DNA from: Candidatus Eremiobacteria bacterium
GTDB lineage: Bacteria; Vulcanimicrobiota; Vulcanimicrobiia; Vulcanimicrobiales; Vulcanimicrobiaceae
Length of the DNA: 64,000 nt
Direction: 5' to 3'
Assembly (NCBI GenBank): GCA_963758295.1
Contig: CAVWUU010000001.1
Coordinates: 448,001 to 512,000 of the forward strand
Part shown: positions 1 to 14,858 of the stretch, one piece after another
Position numbering within the stretch: the stretch's first letter is position 1
Layout: each line of letters opens with the position of its first letter
The notes under the pieces: generated by a model
The model's input: the letters and a program-made list of their open reading frames with translations, nothing else
Databases searched by the model: none
What the model was told of the DNA's origin: nothing
Translations under genes and position numbers: made by a program

Positions 1-3000
1 TCAATCGGTCGGCGGCAGCGGCGGCAACGGCGGCTTTGCAGCCACGGGTGGCGCAAGCGGCCTCGTTTCAATTTCGGGCTCGCTCGGCGGCGCAGCCGGC
101 GATGGCGGATCGGCTAACGCAGTCCGCGTCACCAACGGAACTTCCTCGAGCAGCCTGGGCTCGATCTATACGTCGGGAGACAACGCGGCCGGAATCTTCG
201 CGCAGTCGTTAGGCGGCGGCGGCGGTAACGGCGGCTGGTCCGTGTCGGGGACGCTTTCGGGCGGGGCAACGGTCGGCCTCGCAATCGGCGGCGATGGCGG
301 AGCGGGCAGCACGGCCGGCGCGGTGACGGTCACAAACTACGCCAACATCTTTACCGGTTACAACGACACGTCGTCGACCTCGTCGCATGGCACGAGTTCG
401 GCCGGCATCGTCGCGCAATCGGTCGGCGGCAGCGGCGGTAACGGCGGGTTCGCGGTGAGCGCGGGCGGCAGCGTCGACTTCTCCGGAAATCTTTCCATCG
501 GCGGCGGCGCCAGCTCGGGCGGTACCTCCAATACGGTCGGCGTTATAAGCTACGGGTCCATATCGACAACGGGAAATCAAGCCGACGGCATCCTCGCGCA
601 GTCGATCGGCGGCGGCGGCGGCAACGGCGGGTTCAGCATCGCGGGCGCGCTCTCGGCCGGCGCGGCAGCAGGTGTCTCGCTCGGTGGATCCGGCGGCGAC
701 GGCGCGTACGGCAATATCGCCACCGTTTCCCAGCACGGCAACATCGCGACCGTTGGATCGCAGTCACTTGGCATCGTCGCGCAATCGATCGGCGGCGGCG
801 GCGGCAACGGCGGACTCAGCGTCGGCGCCGGAGCCGGACTCGATGCCGGCGTCGGTGTGAGCCTTGGCGGCAGCGGCGCAAGCGGCGGCTACGCCCAAGG
901 CGTAACGGTCACCTCCACCGGTACGGGCACCAACGTTTGGAACGTCTGGACGCAAGGCGCAAATTCGACCGGTATCCTCGCGCAGTCCATCGGCGGCGGC
1001 GGCGGCAACGGCGGGGCAAGCATCGCCGGGGCGGCAAGCGGGACGGTTGCGCTCAGCGGCAGCGTCGGCGGTAAAGGCGGAACGGGTGCGAACGCGGGCT
1101 CCGTCACCGTCACGAGCACCAACAACATTTTGACAGGCGCAACGCTTGCCGGTTCGACCGTTTCGGAAGCGGCGAACGCCTTCGGCTCAGCCGGCATCAT
1201 CGCGCAATCGATCGGTGGCGGCGGCGGCAACGGCGGCTTCTCTGTCGCAGGGGCCGGGGCGGACATCGGCGCAGCGGCGAGCTTCGGCGGCATTGGCGGC
1301 GCCGGCGGTTACGCGCAGGGCGTTACGGTAACCAGCACCGGCGCGATTCAAACCTTCGGCGGCTCGGCCGACGGCATCATGGCGCAGTCGATCGGCGGCG
1401 GCGGCGGTAACGGGGGCTGGAGCGTAGGCGGCGCCGTTTCCGACACCGGCTCCGTGGCGCTTTCAATGGCGGGCGGCGGCGGTTCCGGTTCATATGCCGG
1501 GAACGTCGGGCTTACCAGCACCGGAGCGATCGTAACCGACGGGTATCAATCTGCGGGACTTTCCGCGCAGTCGATCGGCGGCGGCGGCGGTAACGGCGGC
1601 TTCAGCGTTGCGGGAAATCTTTCGGCGGGCAACGCCGCATCGGTATCGCTCGGCGGCGGGTCGGGAAGCGGAGCATATGCGGGCACCGTTCAGCTCACGA
1701 GCACCGGTAACGTTTCTACATTAGGTGGAGATTCGGACGCGATCCTCGCGCAGTCGCTCGGCGGCGGCGGTGGCAACGGCGGCTTTAGCGTCACCGGCAA
1801 CCTTAGCAGCGGCGGCAACGCCGGAGCGTCGGTCGGCGGACAAGGCGGCGCAGGCGGTTATGCGCAGTCGGTCATCCTCTCGAGCAACGGAAATGTTTAT
1901 ACCGGCGGTGCGTCTTCGGCGGGTATCGTCGCGCAGTCCATCGGCGGCGGCGGCGGTAACGGCGGGTTCAGCGTGGCCGGCGCGCTTAGCGGCGGCGGAG
2001 CGTTGTCGCTTTCGCTCGGCGGCGCGGGCGGTACGGGCAGTAACTCCGGCTTGGTGCTGCTCTCGAGCGGCGCGGCTTCGAGCCCCGTCAACATCGTGAC
2101 GACCGGATCGCAGGCTGACGGCGTTCTCGCGCAGTCGATCGGCGGCGGCGGCGGCAATGGCGGTTTCTCGGTTGCCGGCTCAATCACGAGCGGCTCCAAC
2201 CTTGGCTTCTCGATGGGCGGCAATGGCGGCGGCGGCGGATACGCCGGCGGCGTAACCGTCAATTCGTATAGCAATGTAACCACCGGCGGCGATGAATCGA
2301 ACGGCATCGTTGCGCAGTCGATCGGCGGCGGCGGCGGTGACGGCGGATTCAGCGTGACCGGCGGCGTCTCCACCGCATCGGCCGTTGCTCTATCGTTGGG
2401 CGGCAAGGGCGGCAGCGGCAATTACTCCGGCGCCGTCAACCTTACGAGCGGCACCAGTTCCAACATCGTCGCCATCTCGACCGGCGGCGACTACGCCGAC
2501 GGTATTCTCGCGCAATCAATTGGCGGCGGCGGCGGCGACGGCGGCTTCAGTGTCGGCGGGACCGTTGCGAACAACACGTCAATGGCGTTTTCATTCGGCG
2601 GATCGGGCGGCACCGGCGACTACGCCGGCGGCGTCAACGTCACGAGCTACAGCACTATCAATACTACGGGCGCAAATTCGCTGGGCATCGCCGCTCAGTC
2701 AATCGGCGGCGGCGGCGGCAACGGCGGCATGGGCGTCAAAGGCACGCTCAGCGTTACGAGTCAGTCCGGCGCAGCCTCAATCGGTTTCGGCGGCGGCGGA
2801 AGCGGCGGCTACGCGCAGGGCGTAAACGTCACGAGCGCTTCCGGAATTACGACGCTCGGCGATTACTCCGGCGGCATTCTCGCGCAATCGGTCGGCGGCG
2901 GCGGCGGCTACGGCGGCATCGGCGTAACCGGACAGATCGCAAGCGCGCTTGGCTTCTCGTTCGGCAGCAGCGATTCGGGCGGCACGGCCGGCGCGGTAAG

Positions 3001-6000
3001 CGTGACGAACAGCGGCTCGATCTCGACCGGCGATGCAAGTGCGGGAACCGGTGCGCACTCCGGTGCGATCGTCGCGCAATCGATCGGCGGCGGCGGCGGC
3101 GACGGCGGATTTAGCATCTCGGCCGGTATCACGGCGACGGGATCGGGATTGTCCCCGCTCAAGAACGCTTTCGGAGCGGCGGGCGGCGCAGGCGGAAACT
3201 CCGGCCAAGTAACGGTTAGTAACACCGCTTCGTCTTTGCAGACCGTCGGCTCGAATTCCGACGGCATTCTGGCACAATCGATCGGCGGCGGCGGCGGTAA
3301 CGGCGGCTTTGCGATCGCGGGAAATATTTCCGGCGGTGCTGCGCTCGATATTTCGATGGGCGGCAGCGGCGGCAGCGGCGCGTATGCAGGCGGCGTCAAC
3401 GTTACGTCGTCGAGCAGCATCGCAACGGCCGGCGATCTTTCGAGCGGATTGGTCGCGCAATCGCTTGGCGGCGGCGGCGGAAACGGCGGCTTCGCAATCA
3501 GCGCCGGCGGAGCAGCAAGTCTCGCGGCGTCGCTGGCGTTCGGCGGTAACGCCGGCAGCGGCGGTTACGCTAGCGACGTCAACGTCGTAAACACCGGTCT
3601 GGTAACGACGCAAGGCAATCTTGCAAACGGTCTTCTCGCGCAGTCGGTCGGCGGCGGCGGCGGCAACGGCGGCTTCACCATTGCAGCAACGCTCAGCAAT
3701 TCAAGCGCGGTAACGCTTGGCTTCGGCGGCAATGGCGGCAGCGGCGGATACGCCGGCAACGTTTACCTTACAAATCTTGCGAACGTCGGAACGTCGGGAA
3801 ATTCCGCGAGTGCCATCGTTGCGCAGTCTATCGGCGGCGGCGGCGGTAACGGCGGCTTCAACGTCTCGGCGGGCATTGCTGCAAATTACGGCATTACGCT
3901 CGGCTTCGGCGGCACCGGTGACTCCGGCGGCTACGCGCAAGCGGTCAACGTAACGAGCGGTGCAGCAGGAGCGCCCGTCACGATCGTGACGTCGGGCACG
4001 CAGTCATCGGGAATCATTGCGCAATCTATCGGCGGCGGCGGTGGTAACGGCGGTTGGAACATCACCGGTTCGATGTCCAATCAGCCGACATTGGCCCTTA
4101 GCTATGGCGGTACGGGCGGCACAGGCGGCTATGCGTCGTCGGTGACCGTCGCGAGCAATTCGAACATTCAGACGACCGGCGATCAGTCGGGCGGCATCAT
4201 TGCGCAGTCGATCGGCGGCGGCGGCGGCAACGGCGGTTTCAGCATCGGCGCTTCGCTCTCAACGAAGAACTCGTTCGCGTTCTCGTTCGGCGGCGAAGGC
4301 AACAGCGGAAATACCGGCGGTTCGGTCCTCGTTACGAGCGGAACGCCGCAAGGCGCAATGACGATCGAAACCGAGGGTTCGCATTCAGCGGGCATTCTCG
4401 CGCAATCGATCGGTGGCGGCGGCGGTAACGGCGGTTTCGCAATCGGTCTTAACGGAACGACGGGCGACAGCTTCTCGCTACGGTTTCAATCTCGGCAGCG
4501 ACGGCGGAAGCGGTGCGAACGCATCGACGGTTACCGTTGCGAGCAACACGCAGGTCGAAACGTTCGGCGCGAATTCAAACGGCATCTCCGCGCAATCGAT
4601 TGGCGGCGGCGGCGGTAACGCGGCGTTCTCCGCTGCGGGAAGCGCATCGCCCACGGCCGTAGCTGGGTCGTTCTCGTTCGGCAGCGGCGGCGGCGCAGGC
4701 AACTCCGACGTCGTCAACGTCGGCAGCTTGAACACGATTGTGACGCACGGCGACAACTCGATCGGTATTCTCGCGCAATCGGTCGGCGGCGGCGGCGGGT
4801 ACGGCGGCTCGGCTCTTCCGTTAACGCCCGTTACCGCAGCAGCGTCGCTCGTTGGTTTCGGCATGGGCAATAACTGCGCGGTCGGCGCGTCGTGCGGCGG
4901 CAACGCGAGCGACGTTACGTTGACGAACAGCGGCAACATTGAGACGTACGGCGCAAACGCCGGCGCGCTCGTTGCGCAATCGCTTGGCGGCGGCGGCGGC
5001 GACGGCGGATTTTCGATCTCCGGCGGTCTTTCGAGCCAATCGAGCATTTCAACGAACATCGGCGAGTCGATCGGTGCAAACGGCGGCGTCGGCGGTAACG
5101 CTACGAACGTCACGGTAAACAACAGCGCGCAGTCGCTATTCACCAACGGTTCGCAATCCGACGGCATTCTTGCGCAGTCGGTCGGCGGCGGCGGCGGCAA
5201 CGGGGGCTTCTCGATCTCGGGCAATATCGATCCCGGATGGGGGCTGAACTTTAGTCTGGGCGGTAGCGGTGGAAGCGGCGGCACGTCGGGCACCGTCGGC
5301 GTAACCAACGGCAGCCGTATTTCAACGATCGGCAATCTTTCCGATGGCATCGCGGCGCAATCTATTGGCGGCGGCGGCGGTAACGGCGGCTTCTCGATCG
5401 CGGCGCAAGGCGCGATGGGACTCGCTGCAAACGTTGCAGTCGGCGGCGCCGGCGGCTCCGGCAACAACGCCGGTAGCGTTACCGTAAGTAACAGCGGCGT
5501 TATCACCACGCAAGGTGGTTCGTCGAACGGCGTGCTCGCGCAATCGATCGGCGGCGGCGGCGGCAACTCGGGATGGGTCGTTGCGGTGTCGATCGATCAA
5601 GGCAATAACGCTTCAATTGCCTACGGCACGAGCGGCGGTTCCGGCGGTACGGCATCCACCGCGTCAGTCAACAGCACCGCGAGCATTCAAACACTCGGAA
5701 ATTCTTCGAACGGCATCGAGGCTCAATCGCTCGGCGGCGGCGGTGGTAATGGCGGCTTTGCGGTCAACGGTGGAATTTCGGGCGGCAAATCGCTCGGCCT
5801 TGCCTTCGGCGGCGCAGGCGGAACCGGCAGCAACAGTGACACCGTCACGGTGAATTCCGGTGCTTCCGCGAACGCCGTAACGATTTTGACGTCGGGTGAT
5901 TTCTCGAACGGTGTGCTTGCGCAATCGGTCGGCGGCGGCGGCGGTAACGGCGGCTTTGACGTAGCCGGCACGGTTTCGTCGGGCGCGTCGTTCTCGCTCG

Positions 6001-9000
6001 CCTACGGCGGAAGCGGCGGCGACGGCGGCTATGCGGGAAGCGCAAACGTTACGAGCTTCACGAACATTCAAACGCAAGGCTCGTCTTCTGCGGGTATCGT
6101 CGCGCAATCAATCGGCGGCGGCGGCGGCAACGGCGGCTTCAGCGTCGGCGCGGATCTCTCTGCATCGAATGCGCTGGGCGTTACGTTCGGCGGAAACGGC
6201 GGAAGCGGCAACACCGCAAATACGGTAACGGTACAAAACGGCGACGCTTCCACGGCGGTTGAAATTTACACGTCGGGCGCAGATTCCGATGGAATCCTCG
6301 CGCAATCGATCGGCGGCGGCGGCGGTAACGGCGGCTTCTCCGTAGGCGTTGCGGCAACGAGCAGCTCGAGCTTCTCTAAGAACATGACGCTGGGAAGCGG
6401 CGGCGGCAGCGGCGCAACCGCTAACGACGTAACCGTTTCCAGCAACACGCTGATCTGGACGCAAGGCGACAATTCGGCCGGTATTGCCGCTCAGTCGATC
6501 GGCGGCGGCGGCGGCAACGCGGCATTTACGGTTAAAGGTTCGATATCGGCAACCGGCGCGAGCGGATCGTTTAAGTTCGGCACGGGTGGAAACGGCGCGG
6601 ATGCAGGCACCGTCGACGTCGCGAGCTCGAATATGATTCTGACCGGTGGTGAGAACGCGGACGGCATTCTCGCGCAATCGATCGGCGGCGGCGGCGGTTA
6701 TGGCGGCATGTCCATGACCGGCCAGCTGGCCGATGCTGTCGGTTCGAATTTAGCGAAGCGGATGCGCATCGTGCGGCGGCAGCGGCAAAGAGCGTGAGCG
6801 TCACTTCGAGCGGCAGCATTCAAACCCAAGGCGACAACTCCGTAGCGATTGCAGCGCAGTCGATCGGCGGCGGCGGCGGCGACGGCGGTTTCTCGATCAG
6901 CGCCGGATTGAAGACGCAATCGGGGCTTTCGCAATATCGGTCGTTTCGGTCGGTTCCGCCGGCGGCGAAGCGGGTAACGGTCTCGGCGTCACGGTGGATT
7001 CGAGCGGCGCATCGTTGATCACGCACGGCGCGCAGGCAGACGGTATTCTCGCGCAGTCCGTCGGCGGCGGCGGCGGTAACGGCGGCTTTGCAATCAGCGG
7101 CCAAGTTGCCCCGGGTTGCGGGAATGAACTTCGGCATCGGCGGCGGCGCGGGCGCCGGCGGCTCCGCATCGCTCGTGCAGGTCACGAACTCGAGCGAGAT
7201 CGCAACGCTCGGCAGTCTTTCCGACGGTATTGCGGCGCAATCGATCGGCGGCGGCGGCGGCAACGGCGGCTTCGCCATCTCGGCGCAAGGCGCGAGCGGA
7301 TTTGCCGGCAACTTCGCGATCGGCGGAAGCGGCGGCAGCGGCAACGGCTCCGGTGAAGTCGACGTTACGAACGGCGGCATCATTCTAACCGGCGGCGATT
7401 CGTCGAACGGTATTCTCGCGCAATCGATCGGCGGCGGCGGCGGCAACGGCGGTTTTGCGGTAGCCGGTGCAATCGATACGAGCAGCAGCAATGCATCGCT
7501 CGCGTTCGGAACCGCGGGCGGCGACGGCGGCAGTGCCGGCATCGTCAAAGTAACGACGAACGCGAGCATTCAAACGCTGGGAAACGCGTCGAACGGTATC
7601 GTGGCGCAATCGCTCGGCGGCGGCGGCGGTAACGGCGGCTTCGCAGCAAATGCCGGTATTTCCGGAAAGAACTCGATCGCGCTCGCAATGGGCGGTAAAG
7701 GCGGAGCGGGCAGCGGCGCGGCGGCAGTTACGGTGAATGCCGGTGGTGCTGGTAACGTCGTGCAAATTCTTACCAACGGCAACGTTTCAGACGGCGTTCT
7801 CGCGCAATCGATCGGCGGCGGCGGCGGTAACGGCGGCTTCGCAATCGACGGCGCAATATCGCAAGGCACGTCGCTCTCGCTCGCAATGGGCGGAAGCGGC
7901 GGCAGCGGATCGACGAGCGACACGGTTACCGTTGACACGAACGCCGACATACAAACGATTGGCGACAATTCGTCGGGCATCGTCGCACAGTCGATCGGCG
8001 GCGGCGGCGGTAACGGCGGGTTTAGCGTTGCAAACGACACGTCGCTTTCCGGTAAAGCGTTGGCCCTTGCATTTGGTGGAACCGGCGGCAGCGGCAACAC
8101 CGCATCGGTAGTTAGCGTTTCGAGCGGAACGTCGCAATCGAGCACCTCGATCTTTACGCAACGGTGCAAATGCCGACGGCATCCTCGCGCAATCGATCGG
8201 CGGCGGCGGCGGTAACGGCGGCATGAGCATCGGTCTTGCCGAGACCACGCAAACAATGGCGAGCGGCTTCGGTCTTGGTGCCGGCGCAGGCAGCGGAAAC
8301 GATGCAGGCATCGTCGGCGTTTCGAATTACAGCACGATCGCAACGAGCGGAACCAACGCCGTCGGCATCTCCGCGCAATCGATCGGGGGCGGCGGCGGCA
8401 ACGGCGGTCTGAAGATCTCGGGTTCGCTCCAGAACAACGGCGCAAAAGCGTCGTTTACGCTACGGCAGCGGCGGAAGCGGCGGCGCAGGTAAAGCCGTGA
8501 GCGTTGGAAACGCCGGACAACTACAGACGCTCGGCGACAACGCCGACGGCATTCTCGCGCAATCGATCGGCGGCGGCGGCGGATACGGCAGCCTGGGACT
8601 AATCGGCACCCTTGCAACGGACGTCGGCATTTCGTACGGCGCGAGCAACGGCGGCGGTGGTTCCGATCTAGTCACCGTTACGAACTCGGGCAGCATTGCA
8701 ACGGGCGGCGACAACGCGAACGGTATCGAAGCGCAGTCTATCGGCGGCGGCGGCGGCGAAGGCGCGTTCAGCGTCTCGCTCGGCGCCTCGACGTCGCCCG
8801 GCCTCACGAGCCGGTTAACGAAGAGCTTCGGCGCCAACGGCGGCACGCGGCGGCGACGGCGGTCAAGTTACGGTCGGCAACACCGCGAACTTTATCTATA
8901 CGGCCGGCAGCGAGTCGGACGGCATCCTTGCGCAGTCGATCGGCGGCGGCGGCGGCAACGGCGGATTTGCGGTAGCAGGTTCCGTCTCGGGCGGCTGGGG

Positions 9001-12000
9001 CGCGGGCGTTTCGATGGGCGGCAGCGGCGGCGCCGGCGGCGTCGCGCACGACGTTAGCGTAAATAGCTCCGGCGAAGTGCTCACCTTCGGCGAACTCTCG
9101 AGCGGCATCGCCGCGCAATCGATCGGCGGCGGCGGCGGAAACGGCGGCTTCGCGGTTCTCGCGACCGGTTCGATGCAAACGCAAGCCGATGTCGCGCTTG
9201 GCGGCTCCGGCGGCTCGGGCAGTTCTTCGGGAACCGTAACGGTTGACAACTCCGGACTCGTCATCACCAAAGGCGATCTTGCAGACGGTATTCTCGCGCA
9301 GTCGATCGGCGGCGGCGGCGGCAACGCCGGCTTCGCGCTTGCCGCATCCATCAGCCAAAATTATTCGACGGCGTTCTCGCTCGGCGGCAGCGGACGGCGA
9401 CGGCTCGAACGGCGGCGTCGTCAACGTTGACAACGAAGGGCAAATCGAAACCTACGGCACGAGTTCGCAAGGCGTCATCGCGCAGTCGATCGGCGGCGGC
9501 GGCGGTAACGGCGGCATTCGCGGCGCAAGCGCCGGCTTCGGCGGGCAGGGCGGCATCGGTCTCGCGTTCGGTGGAAACGCCGGCAGCGGCGGCAACGGTC
9601 TCGCCGTCAACGTCCTCTCCGGAACGAGCGCGACCGGCACGGTCATCATCACCAACGGCGTAAATGCGAACGGCATTCTCGCGCAATCCATCGGCGGCGG
9701 CGGCGGCAACGGCGGCGTCGCAGCTGCCGGTGTCGGTGCAAACGGCCCGGCATTCGGATTCTCGATGGGCGGCAACGGCGGAAACGGCGGCGGGGGCGAC
9801 GCGGTCAACGTTCAAGTCAACTCTGCGATTGCCACGTACGGCGATTTTGCCAACGGCGTCGTTGCACAGTCGATCGGCGGCGGCGGCGGTAACGGCGCAA
9901 TCGACGCGACGGGCGCCGGTTCTTCGAAATTGAGTTCGGCGGTCGGCGTCGGCGGAAGCGGCGGCACCGGCGGCAGTGCTTCGACCGTGAACCTGATCAA
10001 TCAAGGACAAATCACGACGCAAGGCACGAATGCTGCAGGCATCATCGCGCAATCGATCGGCGGCGGCGGCGGCAACGGCGGCGTGAGCATCGCGGGCTCG
10101 ATCTCGCAATCGAACGCGTTCGGCGTGGCGGTCGGCGGCAGCGGCGGAAGCGGCGGCGGATCGAACGACGTGACGGTTCAAAACGGCGGCAGCATCGTGA
10201 CGAACGGCCAGTTCGCCGACGGTATCATTGCGCAGTCCATCGGCGGGGGCGGCGGTAACGGCGCCGTTAGCGTCGGTGGAACGTTGAGCAACTCTTCGGG
10301 CATCGGCGTCGGCGTGGGCGGCAACGGCGGCAACGGCGGCGACGCCGGCACCGTATCCGTTAGCAATACGTATGCGGGACAAGCGGGCGTCATCATTACG
10401 AACGGCGCCGGATCGGTCGGCATCCTTGCACAATCGATCGGCGGCGGCGGGGGCAGCGGCGGCGTCGGAATCAGCGGCAGCATCAACGGCTCTTCGGACG
10501 ATCTCGCGCTCGCGCTTGGTGCAAGTAACGGAACTGTCGGCCATGGCGGCAACGTCACGGTGACGAACGGCGGCACGATTCTTGCCAACGGCGTGGATGC
10601 GGTTGCGGTTGAAGCGCAATCCATCGGCGGCGGCGGTGGCGTCGTCACGGTGAACCTCGCCGGCGGCTTCTCACAAAACAGCGGTAACGTCAAAATGACG
10701 CTCGGCAGCGATGAAACGACGGCGACGGATATGAGCGGCGGTGTCGTAGCGCTTGCGAACACGGGCAACGTGCAGACCACCGGCAACGGCGCGCACGGCG
10801 TGTTGGAGCAATCGATTGGCGGCGGCGGCGGACAAGCCGCGCTTTCGGGAACGCTGACCAACGCGCTTTCCGATAATGCGACGCTTTCGATTGCAGACGG
10901 CGGATACGGCGGTTCAGCGACGGCGGCACAAAATCTTACCGCTAAGAACAGCGGCATGGTTCTCACGAGCGGCACCGGCGCGAACGCAGTGTTCGCGCAG
11001 TCGATCGGCGGCGGCGGCGGTGACGCGGGTTACGCGCTCGTCGCGGATTTGGGCGCAACGGCGAAGGCTGCAAACTTCTCGCTCGCGATGGGCGGAACGG
11101 GCGGCAGCGCCGGCACTGCGGGAACGATCGCTTTAACGACGTCCGGCGTGCTGCAAACGCTCGGTGAAAATTCCGCCGGATTGCTCGCGCAGTCGATCGG
11201 CGGCGGCGGCGGCACCGGCGGCTTTACGGCAAACGGGACGTTCACCACCAGCAGCGCGGCGTCGCAATTCAACGTTGCCGTCGGCGGAGCGGGCGGTTCG
11301 CAAAACAACGCAGCGGCAATCGGCGTAACGAACAACGGAACGGTGCTTACGTTCGGTAACGGATCTTCCGGAATCGAGGCGCAAGCCATCGGCGGCGGCG
11401 GCGGTGACGCCGGCATGACGGTCTCGGGCGCCTTCTCAGGCACGAGCGCAAAATCGATTTCCGAATCGATCGGCGGAGCCGGAAGCGGCAACGGCGCGGC
11501 GATTACGCTTGCGAATGTCGGCGCGATTCAGACCGGTACGCAAGCTTCGGGCTCCGGAACGAATTCAAACGGACTGCTCGCACAATCCATCGGCGGCGGC
11601 GGCGGTAACGGTTCCATTGCGCTCTCGCAACTCGCACTTGGAACGGCCGGCGAAGCTACGACGACGAACGTAAATCTTACCGTCGGCGGCGCGACCGGAT
11701 CGAGCGGCTTCGGCGATGCGATCGGCGTGAACGATAACGGAACGATCTCAACGTTCGGTGCGGCATCGAACGGTTTGGCGGCGCAGTCGATCGGCGCGGG
11801 CGGCGGTAACGCGACGCTTACGTTCTGCGGTTGCAACGTTACGGGCTCAAACGCAGCCGGCGCCACGATCGCCCTTAATGCGGTGCTCGGCGACCCTGCG
11901 TCGACGAATAGCACGGGCGGAAACATTTCGATCGATCATACGAACGGCGAAATCTACACGAGCGGCAGCGTTTCCAACGGCGTGCTCGTGCAATCCATCG

Positions 12001-14849
12001 GCGGCGGCGGCGGCACGATCACGTCGGCGCTCAATAGCGCGGTTGGAACGTACTCGCTGAATGCGACGATCGGCGGCAACGGCGGCGTAAACGACTCCGG
12101 CGGAACGCTCGATCTGCAAAATGCCGGATCGATAGCTACGACGGGCGCTCTTTCGGACGGGATCCTCGCGCAGTCGGTTGGCGGCGGCGGCGGTTCGCTC
12201 GCAAGCGCCTATGGCAGCGCATCGCACGCGAACGTTACGCTCGGTGGAAACGCTGCGAGCGGCGACGCCGGCGCAATCACCATTGCCAACAGCGGTGACG
12301 TCTATACGCAAGGAACGTCGTCGAGCGCCCTCTTCGCGCAATCCATCGGCGGCGGCGGCGGATCGTTCGTAACCAATGCGGCGAATGCGAACGACGCGTT
12401 CGTGCTCGGCGGTGCGAACGGCACTACCGGCAACGGCGGCGCAATCGGCATCAACAACGCGGGTTCGATCCAAACGACCGGCACGGACGCTTACGGCATC
12501 TTCGCGCAGTCCGTCGGCGGCGGCGGCGGCGCGGCGCTCGCAAGCGGAACGGTGACGCTGCAGAACGGCGGGACCGGCGACGGCGGCGCAGTCGATATTA
12601 CGAACGGTGGAAACATCGTTACCTCGGGCAACGGTGCCGACGGCATCTTCGCGCAATCCATCGGCGGCGGCGGCGGTATCGCCGGAACGTTCGCCGGAAG
12701 CGCCGGCGGAAACGGCTCCGCGGGCAACATCAACATCGCTCAAACCGGCGTGATCTATACGCAGGGATCGGCGGCAAACGGCATCGTCGCGCAAAGCGCT
12801 GCCGGCGCGGGAACCGGCGGCAACGTAAACGTTGCAGTGAACGGTTCGATTTACGTGACGGCGTCGAACGCAAACGGCGTTCTCGCGGGAAGCAGCGGCA
12901 GCGGCAGCGGCGGCGACGTCAACGTCACGCTTTCCGCAAACGGCGTGATCGTGGGCGGCGGCGGAACGAGCGGCGCCGGAACGACAAGCGTTTCCGGGCG
13001 AGCCAAATATCACGACGGCATCGTTGGACGGGGCGGGAAAGAAGACGCGGCACAAGCGTCCACCGTTTCGGGAGCAGCCGTGCAGTTTGAAGGCAACGGG
13101 ACGAACTCGTTGACGAATAACGGCACGATTACAACGCTGGCCGGCATAAAGGGCTTCGCCGTTGCCTCGACCGGCGGCACGACGTCGATCGTGAACAACG
13201 GCGTTATGGTGGGCTCGATCTCGCTCGCGAATTCGGCTAACAATTCGTTCACGAATTCCGCTAACGGGGTGTTCATCGCCGGTTCAACCATCAATTTGGG
13301 CGGCGGCACGTTCATGAACGACGGCGCTCTATCGCCCGGCGGCATCGGATCGATCGGCACGATGAACGTTACCGGAAACTACAACCAATCCATGACCGGT
13401 ACGACGGCGATGGATCTGAACTATTTGAACGGCGCCTACGATCGGATCAATGCGACCGGCAACGTGACTGTCTCGGGTCAACTCGACCTCTCGCTGCTCA
13501 ATGTCGCCAACGTGACCTCCGGCGTGCACAACTACGACCTGTTCACGGCCGGTGGAACGCTGAGCGATCAATCGCTGCAGCTGGTTGCGCCGCAGTCGGC
13601 GGTGTCGACCTATTCGCTGGTTCCGAATGCGAATGGCAAGCTGCAGTTGCAGAACGTGGTGAACTTCTCGCCGGCAAACATCAGCGGCGGCACGAGCTCG
13701 TTCGGAAGCTACGTGAGCCTGCTTCAGGCGGCCGGATCGTCACCGTCGCTTTCCGGCATGGTCGCTCAGATCTTTAATGCGCCGTCAGCGACCCAGCTCA
13801 CGCGCCTGTATCAACAGCTAACGCCCGCCAGTTACGGTCCGATGGAAGCCGCTACGCTGCTCAGCACGTTGAATTTCTCGCAAGAAATGCTCACGTGTAA
13901 ATCGCCCGAGACGGACTTCGCATCGCTCTCGCGCGGTCGCTGCGTCTGGGGTGGTTTGGGCAGCACGCAGTCAACGCAAATGGGATCCACGGCTGCCGTC
14001 GGTTACAACGAATACAACGCCGGTGTCTCGTACGGCTTCCAGAACGTCGTGAGCCGCGATAAACAAACGCTCTTCGGCGGCGCGTTCTCGTTCGGAGAAG
14101 ACAACCTTTACGCGAACAGTTCGTCGATGTGGGGCTCCCGCTTCACCGGCGGGCTCTTGTTGAAGCGTGAAAACTCGCACACCGGCATGACGTACTCGTT
14201 GGACGTCACCGGCGGATCGGGCAATTATCAAACCCGCCGCACGATCGAGTTCCCGAGCACGGCGATCCCGACGTCCGCGGGCGCGACCGGCTTTGGATCG
14301 TATCAAACGCCGTCGGCCACGGCTACCGGAGCGAGCTACGTCTCGTTCTTCAACACCGGGCTTCGCGCCGACAAGTACGTTGCGCTCGCCGACGGATGGG
14401 CGCTTACGCCGTACGTTTCGCTGACGGACACGCGCTTGTCGCTCACGCCGACGACCGAAACCGGTGCAGGCGCGCTGAACATCAAGACGGCTTACGAGGG
14501 CGATTCGTATCTGACGCTACAGAGCGGCTTCGAGCTCGGCGGAATCTATCAGGCGAAGAGCTGGCAGATCCAGCCGCACCTCGATATCTTCGCGACGCAG
14601 TTCGTCGGCAACAATCAAACGGGATTACCGTCGACCCTGGAAGGCCAGCCGGTGTGGATGAAGCCCTTCACGTTCAACAATGAAATAGACCGCACGCTCT
14701 TCAACCTGCAGCCGACGATCGATTTCGGTGGAAAATCCGGATTCAGCATGCGCCTCGGCGGCACTTACCAGTTCAGCCCGCACGTGCACGGCGGCACGCT
14801 GAACATCAATATCTCGCAGAAACTGGGGCCTTCACCGAAGGCCCCGTAA
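1..14849 (+). CDS. Giant glycine-rich repeat autotransporter/adhesin (5'-partial; broken into several ORFs by indels)
   Basis: Dozens of ~63-aa modules with GI(L/V)AQS(I/V/L)GGGGG(N/D/Y)GG continue across ORFs 242-4618, 4413-6797, 6794-9430 (pieces) and 9243-14849. The C-terminal part has a passenger-end segment (LSPGGIGSIGTMNVTGNY) and an aromatic-rich beta-barrel-like region (~13940-14849). Confidence 0.85.
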
Positions 14850-14858
14850 ACCAGCGAA

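Noticed and set aside
4400..9450. Phase variation or programmed frameshifts in the adhesin
   Set aside because: The breaks I inspected are not at consistent homopolymers or slippery sites, and similar indels hit leuS.
209..13571. Many Pro-rich/Arg-rich ORFs (PPPPPIDCA...) over the adhesin
   Set aside because: They are antisense or off-frame shadows of the GGC repeats.
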